In this document: piece after piece, positions 57,636 to 64,000 of the stretch
Position numbering within the stretch: the first letter of the stretch is position 1
Layout of the letters: each line of letters opens with the position of its first letter
Assembly (NCBI GenBank): GCA_000503835.1
Contig: CP006914.1
Location: forward strand, 465,680-529,679
DNA: 64,000 bases
Reading direction: 5' to 3'
DNA from: a candidate division WWE3 bacterium RAAC2_WWE3_1
Lineage (GTDB): Bacteria > Patescibacteriota > WWE3 > UBA101185 > UBA10185
Made by a program: the position numbers and the translations under genes
The notes under the pieces: model-generated
Told to the model about the DNA's origin: nothing
The model's database searches: none
The model's input: the letters and a program-made list of their open reading frames with translations, nothing else

Positions 57636-57884
57636 GTGGAACGCGATAAACCCGCAAAATTGTTGTTCCCTGGGGCAAAAAATGCTAAAATCCTGAACGT
57701 GGACAAGGTGCAAAATTTCCTGGTATCTTCATACGAAGAACTCAAACGCGTCACGTGGCCTTCCAAAAAGGACACTATCCGCTTGACTGGCTATGTCATA
57801 GGTGTTAGCTTTGGGGTCGGCCTATTTGTGATGTTTTTGGATTTTATATTTGCACAATTGTTAACCTTTTTGTTAACTAACTAA
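57636..57884 (+). CDS. secE: Preprotein translocase subunit SecE
   Basis: ELKRVTWPSKKDTIRLTGYVIGVSFGVGLF: a single C-terminal TM segment; located upstream of nusG. Confidence 0.8.
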   Translation: MERDKPAKLLFPGAKNAKILNVDKVQNFLVSSYEELKRVTWPSKKDTIRLTGYVIGVSFGVGLFVMFLDFIFAQLLTFLLTN

Positions 57885-57886
57885 AA

Positions 57887-58504
57887 ATGGACGAACAAAA
57901 TAAAGACACAACCGAAAATACGGACGACGCCGGTAAAAACCAGGAAGACAACGTCATTGTGGTAAACGCCGATGTCTCTCCTTTGGCGCACTGGTATGTC
58001 GTGCACACTTACTCCGGACACGAAAATAAAGTGGCGATAACTCTAAAACAGCGCGCGGAAGCAGGCGGTTTTACCGACAGGATTTTTAAAATATTCGTGC
58101 CGCATCAACAGAAGATAGTTGTGTCTGAAGGGAAAAAAAGATCCGTTGAGGAAAAGCTTTTTCCGGGGTACATGATGGTTCTCATGTCAATGGATGACGA
58201 TAGCTGGTATATAGTCAGAACTACTCCGGGCGTCACAGGATTTGTGGGCATGGGTACCACACCCACTCCGCTGGCAGAGTCCGAAGTTAAAACTCTGATG
58301 AAATTTGCTAAAATGGAAGCTCCTAAGTTTGAAGCGAAATTCAGCGTGGGAGACTCGGTCAGAGTGGCCGAAGGTCCTTTTAAAGACTTTTTAGGAAAAG
58401 TAGATGAGGTTAACGACGAACAAGGCAAGGTAAAGGTACTCGTGTCAGTATTTGGCAGGGAAACACCTTTGGAGTTGGACTTCACACAGGTAGTACAATT
58501 GTAA
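57887..58504 (+). CDS. nusG: Transcription termination/antitermination factor NusG
   Basis: NGN domain (WYVVHTYSGHENKV) and a C-terminal KOW (GDSVRVAEGPFKDFLGKV). Confidence 0.9.
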   Translation: MDEQNKDTTENTDDAGKNQEDNVIVVNADVSPLAHWYVVHTYSGHENKVAITLKQRAEAGGFTDRIFKIFVPHQQKIVVSEGKKRSVEEKLFPGYMMVLMSMDDDSWYIVRTTPGVTGFVGMGTTPTPLAESEVKTLMKFAKMEAPKFEAKFSVGDSVRVAEGPFKDFLGKVDEVNDEQGKVKVLVSVFGRETPLELDFTQVVQL

Positions 58505-58525
58505 TTTATTAATAGGAATTTTAAA

Positions 58526-58966
58526 ATGGCAGAACCGAAAAAAGGTAAAAAAATAAAAGCAATAGTCAAACTGGCAATCCAGGGTGGGAAAGCAAATCCA
58601 GCACCTCCGGTGGGTCCGGCTCTAGGACAGCACGGCGTGCCCATAATGGAATTCTGCAAGGAATTCAACGCAAGAACATCTAATACACCGGATGACATAA
58701 TACCTGCCATTTTGACAGTATATGAAGACAGGACATTCACTTTTATCACGAAGACACCGGTGACTGCTCACCTAATCAAGAAAGCTCTGAAGACACAGAA
58801 AGGCAGCCCCGTTCCGAATAAACAGAAGGTCGGAGTTTTATCCAGGAAGCAGGCTGAAGAGATTGCTCAGGTCAAAATGCCCGATCTTAATACCAAAGAT
58901 CTAAAACAGGCAGTTAAAGTCGTAGAAGGCACCGCACGCTCAATGGGTGTCGATGTGGAGAAATAA
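58526..58966 (+). CDS. rplK: 50S ribosomal protein L11
   Basis: [24 protein letters not shown] is the L11 signature. Confidence 0.92.
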   Translation: MAEPKKGKKIKAIVKLAIQGGKANPAPPVGPALGQHGVPIMEFCKEFNARTSNTPDDIIPAILTVYEDRTFTFITKTPVTAHLIKKALKTQKGSPVPNKQKVGVLSRKQAEEIAQVKMPDLNTKDLKQAVKVVEGTARSMGVDVEK

Positions 58967-58970
58967 TATT

Positions 58971-59597
58971 ATGGAACTAATGGAGGCAATAAAAAAAGCC
59001 AAATTGTTATCTAAGGAAAAATTCGATGCCACAGTCGAAATTCATATAAATCTGGACCTGGATTCAAAAAAACAGGACCAGCCCGTGAGATTTTCACTAA
59101 CCCTACCCAATGGAACAGGCAAGACAAAAAAGGTTGCAGTTCTGGCAAGCAAAAAAGTTACCGGCGCAGACCTGGAGTTGAAAGAGTCTGACATAGAATT
59201 AATACAAAAAGGTCAGATAAAACCTAGGATCGACTTTGACACTCTCGTGACAGAGCCTGCTTTCATGCCAAAACTTGCCAAAGTTGCCAAGATTTTGGGA
59301 CCTGCGGGAGTTATGCCCAACCCTAAGACCGGCACCGTGACCGAGGATGCCGAAAAAGCCGTGAGCGAGATTAAAAAAGGACGTTTAGACGTTAAAACGG
59401 AAAAAGATCTTCCTATGATTCATACCATAATAGGGAAAAGGTCTTTCACTGAAAAACAATTATCAGAAAATTTCATGGAGTTGTACAAAACTCTCAAACA
59501 AAGCAAACCCACAAAAGCCTCGCCGGAATGGATAAAAAGTATCTTCATCAGTACATCAATGGGACAGTCCGTTAAGGTTGACCACGCTAATCTCTGA
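58971..59597 (+). CDS. rplA: 50S ribosomal protein L1
   Basis: L1 fold motifs (KFDATVEIHINL, GPAGVMPNPKTGTV). The start is taken at an internal Met of the track ORF, which begins at 58947 and overlaps rplK. Confidence 0.85.
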   Translation: MELMEAIKKAKLLSKEKFDATVEIHINLDLDSKKQDQPVRFSLTLPNGTGKTKKVAVLASKKVTGADLELKESDIELIQKGQIKPRIDFDTLVTEPAFMPKLAKVAKILGPAGVMPNPKTGTVTEDAEKAVSEIKKGRLDVKTEKDLPMIHTIIGKRSFTEKQLSENFMELYKTLKQSKPTKASPEWIKSIFISTSMGQSVKVDHANL

Positions 59598-59649
59598 TGT
59601 CTCCCTGCACAATCTCCTGTGTAAAAGAGACGATAATTATCACTTACTA

Positions 59650-59910
59650 TCATATACCGACGTACACACTTACTTTGTTCGACATCGCATAAAGTATCCC
59701 CTTATCTATGTCAAACTGTCGCTCAGTTTCTTTTCCCGTATCTATAATGACATATTTTGAAATTAGGGTAATGAAATTAGCATGATACGGTAGTATGTCA
59801 AATCTACCTCGTAAATTAAAGGAGGTTACTGTGGTTGCGCTACCCTCAAAAAGAACTTTTTCTCTGGTTCTGACGCTAACTGAAAGTAATATAGTATTTT
59901 GTTCGGACAT
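59650..59910 (-). CDS. atpC: F-type ATP synthase epsilon subunit, short form (beta-sandwich domain only)
   Basis: 86 aa (ILPYHANFITL is typical of epsilon) directly downstream of atpD. Lacks the C-terminal helical hairpin. Confidence 0.7.
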   Translation of the reverse strand: MSEQNTILLSVSVRTREKVLFEGSATTVTSFNLRGRFDILPYHANFITLISKYVIIDTGKETERQFDIDKGILYAMSNKVSVYVGI

Positions 59911-59917
59911 ATAATGA

Positions 59918-61303
59918 TTATTTAGTATTTATTTCGTCAATAGACCCTATATTCATAAACTTATCCTCAGGAACATCATCGTAGTTACCATCCATGATGT
60001 TTTTTACACCTTCAATCGTTTTATCGACAGTTACGTACACCCCGGGACGGCCGGTCTGTGCTGACGCAACATAAAAGTTTTGAGTCATATAGTTCTTTAT
60101 TTTTCGTGCTCTTTGATACAAAGTTCTATCTTCATCTGACAATTCAGATTCTCCTACTAAAGATACGATACGTTCTAATAATTCAGCTTTTTTCAGTAAA
60201 GACTTGGATGCTGTCGCTACATAATAGTGTTTAGGTGTTACATTATGCGGATTTAATGCATCAGAATCTGATTGTATGATATCAACTGCCGGAAGTCTTC
60301 CCTCACGGTAAGCGTCTCTGGAGAGCACTATCGAGGAATCCAGGTACCCAAAAACCGTCTGGGCAGCCGGGTCGAATAGGTCGTCCTCTGGCAGGTATAT
60401 TGCCTCTATAGCTGTCACAGATCTTCCGTTCTTGGCTACCAATCTCTCGTGTACACTGGCCATTTCCGAGTTTAACGTAGCCTGGTACCCATCCTCAGAA
60501 GGAATGTTGTTCATTAGCAGGGACAGCTCACTGCCTGCTTGAGCAAACCTGAAGATATTGTCTACAAATAAAAGAACGTTTTTACCGTAGTCGTCTCTAA
60601 AATATTCAGCTACCGAAGCCCCGGCAAACGCGGTTAAAAATCTGGTGGCCGGACTTTCACCCATAGCCCCAAACACAAGAGAAACCGACGGCAACACATT
60701 GGTATCCTTCAGTTCATTAAAAAGCTCGTGCCCCTCTCTGGAACGTTCGCCTACTCCACAAAACACCGAGACATTATTTTGCGGATCTTTATTAATAACG
60801 TTGTGAAGTATTTCGGTAAGTAGCATCGTCTTTCCTACTCCGGAACCGCCGAACAGGCCGACCTTTCCTCCCTGCACTAAAGGAGCATAGAGATCAACTA
60901 TTTTAATCCCCGTTTCAAGGAACTTTAAATCGGCCACGGTATCGGCATACGAAGGCGATTCGTTAAAAACGGAGGTTAGTTTGTCATACTTTATATCACC
61001 AAGACCGTCTTTGGCTTCCCCAAATACATTCATAACTCTCCCCAATATTCCTATCCCGACCGGTATTTTTAGGGTATCTCCCGTATTAACAACCGTATCC
61101 CCTCTTTTGATAGCACGAACCTTTGACAGTCCTATGCAGTAAAAGCGGGTGTTGTCAGAAGATTTCATAACCTGCATTTTAATCGACGGATCCTTTTCCA
61201 GCATTAGAACATCTCTAAGCCGGGGTCTGGGCTCGGCCATAAATTCCACTTCGACGACGGCGTCTGTGACACTTATTACTTTCCCCCTGTTATTTATTTC
61301 CAT
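59918..61303 (-). CDS. atpD: F-type ATP synthase beta subunit
   Basis: P-loop GGKVGLFGGSGVGKT and DELSEED-like region. Confidence 0.92.
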   Translation of the reverse strand: MEINNRGKVISVTDAVVEVEFMAEPRPRLRDVLMLEKDPSIKMQVMKSSDNTRFYCIGLSKVRAIKRGDTVVNTGDTLKIPVGIGILGRVMNVFGEAKDGLGDIKYDKLTSVFNESPSYADTVADLKFLETGIKIVDLYAPLVQGGKVGLFGGSGVGKTMLLTEILHNVINKDPQNNVSVFCGVGERSREGHELFNELKDTNVLPSVSLVFGAMGESPATRFLTAFAGASVAEYFRDDYGKNVLLFVDNIFRFAQAGSELSLLMNNIPSEDGYQATLNSEMASVHERLVAKNGRSVTAIEAIYLPEDDLFDPAAQTVFGYLDSSIVLSRDAYREGRLPAVDIIQSDSDALNPHNVTPKHYYVATASKSLLKKAELLERIVSLVGESELSDEDRTLYQRARKIKNYMTQNFYVASAQTGRPGVYVTVDKTIEGVKNIMDGNYDDVPEDKFMNIGSIDEINTK

Positions 61304-62151
61304 AGACCACCTCCGGCTAAATTACCCTGAATACCTGAATTAATCGCACGATGCTGAGCCTTTTTAACATCAAAATCAACCCTGCCAATCTTCTGATTAA
61401 TATTGGCCGCAGCGCTGTCCAAACTCACCATTCTGGAAGCGAATTTGCTCAGGCTGGACTCGAACAGAGCCTGTTCAAATATAAGCGACAAAATCTGTTT
61501 TTCAAAATATTCGGCAACATTCTTGATGTTGGGTTCAAAAAGAAAAGGCACGTTGTACTCCTCAGCGCTTTCAGTTATTTTCAGAACCTCCCCGGTTACA
61601 TGTGTACTTTTAGGTTCCTGGGAAAGGATACTTCTGAAAACTCCATGATAGACAACAACTTCGGAATAAGCGGACACGTGACTGACTACTCCTTTTAAAG
61701 CCCTTTCATCTACGCCTGTATCCGAAATTTCAAAGAACGTGTAAGGACGTTTAGCGCCTGAACCGTCGAAAAGGTTCTTCCCTAGCCTACCCGCTACTAC
61801 CAAATCAGCATCTTTATTTTTGGCAACGTCTGTCATAAAAAGATCGAAAGTTTTTCTAATGATGTCCCCGTACAGACCGGTATTAGAGGACAGAAACACC
61901 AGGGCAGTCTTTCCGTTTGTATTTAGGATTTCCTGCTTACTTCCCTTCTTGACGGTCTTTTTAAAAACTTTGTATGAAAAAGCGATATACGCGAAGGCTT
62001 CGTTTAACCCCTGCATAAACTCACGGCGTTTTAACACCGATTTCTTAACCTTCCTCATTCTCAGCGCCGATATCTCTTCGTACGCCTCGACCATGATCAG
62101 AAACTCTTCTAACGAGATTAATTCTTCTTTAAGTTCTTTTATACGTTTCAT
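61294..62151 (-). CDS. atpG: F-type ATP synthase gamma subunit
   Basis: 285 aa between atpA and atpD; gamma-like N-terminal coiled coil and C-terminus. Confidence 0.85.
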   Translation of the reverse strand: MKRIKELKEELISLEEFLIMVEAYEEISALRMRKVKKSVLKRREFMQGLNEAFAYIAFSYKVFKKTVKKGSKQEILNTNGKTALVFLSSNTGLYGDIIRKTFDLFMTDVAKNKDADLVVAGRLGKNLFDGSGAKRPYTFFEISDTGVDERALKGVVSHVSAYSEVVVYHGVFRSILSQEPKSTHVTGEVLKITESAEEYNVPFLFEPNIKNVAEYFEKQILSLIFEQALFESSLSKFASRMVSLDSAAANINQKIGRVDFDVKKAQHRAINSGIQGNLAGGGLWK

Positions 62152-62153
62152 AG

Positions 62154-63659
62154 TTAAATCACTGCTTTGTCTAATATAGCAAGAATATCCTTGTACTTAG
62201 CACTTACCTTCCCCAACAGCTGGTTAAAATCCGAGCATGAATTTATTATTTCGTCTATGCTAGTTCGGAAACTCTCCTCTTTATCATATAATTTCTGCGC
62301 CTGTGTGATATAAAATTTGATTTTGCCTTCAGACTCTTCTTTTAAAATCCCTGTCCATATGAGTGTAAATAGTATGATTTGTACATTAATAGACAGTATT
62401 TCTTCCAGAGCCTGATCAAAGAAGAAATTGATATTGCCCCCCATCTCAAGTGTGGACTTAATACCCTCGTTTATTTCTGCCCCGAAATGGATAAATCTTT
62501 CCGTTTTACTATGAAGTACCATGAAGCTGGATAGCTCTCTGTTTATACCCCACCTTACTTTACTCTGCGTCTGGCGTCCTACCCTTGTAACAGACAAAAA
62601 ATAATTTATAGCCGGGCGTTTACCTGCCTTATATAAGTCCTGGTCAAAAAAGATATGCCCGTCCGTAATTGACATGAGGTTTGTCTGAATATATCCTGAT
62701 ATGTCACCCCCTATAGTTTCGCATACGGGAAGACAGGTGATGGCGGCAGTTTTACCGTCCGGCAACCTGTAATTCCCCGCCCTCTCCAACAGACGTGCGT
62801 GAGCGTAGAATACATCCCCGGGGTAGGAATCCCTGCCCGGAAATTTCTTTGAGATCAGTGACATCTCCCTGTAATATTTGGCGTGATTTGTAAGATCGTC
62901 GAGTATCAAAAGAACATCCCTGCCTTTAGAACAAAAATATTCAGCGATTGTCATAGCTGTATATGGGGCGATGAAGATTTTGGCAATAGGGTCCGAGGAA
63001 CTTGCTCCAACGATTACACTGTTTCGGGAAATACCGTGACCCCATAGGAACATCTCTACCTCCTTTATGGAGTGCTTTTTCTTACCTATTCCGGCGTAGA
63101 TGCAAACAGCTCCTTTCTTTGCCTGAGAGAGCATAGACTGCATGACAAAAGTTGTCTTGCCTATATTTCTGTCTCCTATAACCAGCTCCCTCTGACCTTT
63201 GCCCAACGGAATCAGAAAATCGACCATAGATAGACCTGTCTCCAAAGGCTCGCGTACCCTCTCTCTTATGTCTATTCCGGGGGGAGCTATGTCTATTCCC
63301 CTTTTTTCGGTCAGTCCGGGGGTTATAACTCCATCTTTTAGTGAAAAACCAAGAGGATCTATGACACTCCCCAATAAAGATTCGCCCACACCAATCTCCA
63401 GGGGACTGCCCGTCCGGCAAACCTTCGTTCCTACCAATATCATGTCATTAGTAAAGAGGAGTACCTCGGCGAAATCTCCTGCTAAAGCCATTACCACCCC
63501 CATGTACCCGTTCTCGGAATAGATAATTTCCCATACCCCGGCCCCCGGGATACCGGACACGTGCGCAATGGGGTGTTGAACTTTTTCGATAAATCCGACC
63601 TCTCCTGTTTGCTCCAGGTATTGGTTAAATTTTTGTCTACTTTCTTCCTGGTTTATCAT
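62154..63659 (-). CDS. atpA: F-type ATP synthase alpha subunit
   Basis: P-loop GDRNIGKTT and alpha-type domain order. Confidence 0.9.
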   Translation of the reverse strand: MINQEESRQKFNQYLEQTGEVGFIEKVQHPIAHVSGIPGAGVWEIIYSENGYMGVVMALAGDFAEVLLFTNDMILVGTKVCRTGSPLEIGVGESLLGSVIDPLGFSLKDGVITPGLTEKRGIDIAPPGIDIRERVREPLETGLSMVDFLIPLGKGQRELVIGDRNIGKTTFVMQSMLSQAKKGAVCIYAGIGKKKHSIKEVEMFLWGHGISRNSVIVGASSSDPIAKIFIAPYTAMTIAEYFCSKGRDVLLILDDLTNHAKYYREMSLISKKFPGRDSYPGDVFYAHARLLERAGNYRLPDGKTAAITCLPVCETIGGDISGYIQTNLMSITDGHIFFDQDLYKAGKRPAINYFLSVTRVGRQTQSKVRWGINRELSSFMVLHSKTERFIHFGAEINEGIKSTLEMGGNINFFFDQALEEILSINVQIILFTLIWTGILKEESEGKIKFYITQAQKLYDKEESFRTSIDEIINSCSDFNQLLGKVSAKYKDILAILDKAVI

Positions 63660-63660
63660 T

Positions 63661-64000
63661 TCAAATATTAAAATTGAATTCCTTCATTTTCTCTTTTATC
63701 AAATCGAACATTGAAATATCTATAAAATTTCCGTTGTGATAAAAACGTGCTCCGGTCCCTGTCTCGGGTACAATCGTAAACTCCAGCAAAAAATTTTGGT
63801 ACCCCAGTGTTGAGAAGATCTCGTGCAATCCTGACAAAAAATCTTTAGACGGAGTGTATGACATTTCAACCCTTAATCTGTCAGAATGCTTGATGAGATC
63901 TTGGGTTTCTTTTATTATTTCCCGGGTGATTCCGAAGTCTGTACCGCCTATTTGCTCAGCCAGTTCTTTAGAATAATAAGATAGTTTACCGAAAAGCCCC
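63661..64000 (-). CDS. atpH: F-type ATP synthase delta (OSCP) subunit, C-terminal part; the gene continues beyond the window
   Basis: The reverse-strand reading frame stays open from the window edge to the stop at 63661. Position (immediately upstream of atpA) matches the atpH-A-G-D-C order. Confidence 0.55.
   Translation of the reverse strand, partial: GLFGKLSYYSKELAEQIGGTDFGITREIIKETQDLIKHSDRLRVEMSYTPSKDFLSGLHEIFSTLGYQNFLLEFTIVPETGTGARFYHNGNFIDISMFDLIKEKMKEFNFNI

Noticed and set aside
1-64000. CRISPR arrays or large tandem repeat arrays
   Set aside because: No regularly spaced direct repeats of 25-40 nt with unique spacers were seen. The only short tandem repeats are the tRNA-Thr leader duplication and the rpsB-tsf motif array.
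1-64000. Alternative genetic code (UGA=Gly, code 25, as in some CPR)
   Set aside because: TGA is clearly used as a stop (for example the arsR-like gene ends in TGA overlapping the next start). Gene lengths match homologues under code 11.

Overview
The window reads as a small-genome, low-GC (~43%) Patescibacteria/CPR-like bacterium with a standard genetic code (TGA is used as a stop). About two thirds is conserved housekeeping DNA: efp, dnaB, rpmE, prfA, htrA, ctpA, the rpsF-ssb-rpsR cluster, ychF, cysS, recR, dnaX, pth, ybeY, rpsU, rseP, frr, tsf, rpsB, topA, def-fmt, rpmB, folD, secE-nusG-rplK-rplA and an F-type ATP synthase operon (atpH-A-G-D-C). Five tRNAs and one degenerate tRNA fragment are present. 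Several accessory blocks are inserted into this backbone. The most notable: (1) an ancestral tRNA-Thr/Tyr/Thr/Trp-secE-nusG cluster split by insertions, including a ~17 kb block (40.85-57.6 kb) with a 2015-aa repeat-rich surface protein in an operon with a MacB-type ABC exporter; (2) a PilX-like minor pilin co-transcribed with a 919-aa Cys-rich secreted protein; (3) a compositionally foreign ~0.8 kb unit (12.64-13.44 kb) with its own sigma70-like promoter, a long leader and flanking 10-bp direct repeats; (4) an island of small secreted proteins with a family of related terminators; (5) an ArsR-thioredoxin-fold-LMW-PTP-like redox cluster in which the phosphatase homologue has a Cys-to-Ser catalytic substitution. 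No CRISPR array, rRNA or transposase was found. Assignments rest on recognisable motifs in the provided translations and on reading the sequence by eye. Coordinates not taken from the ORF track may be off by 1-2 nt.
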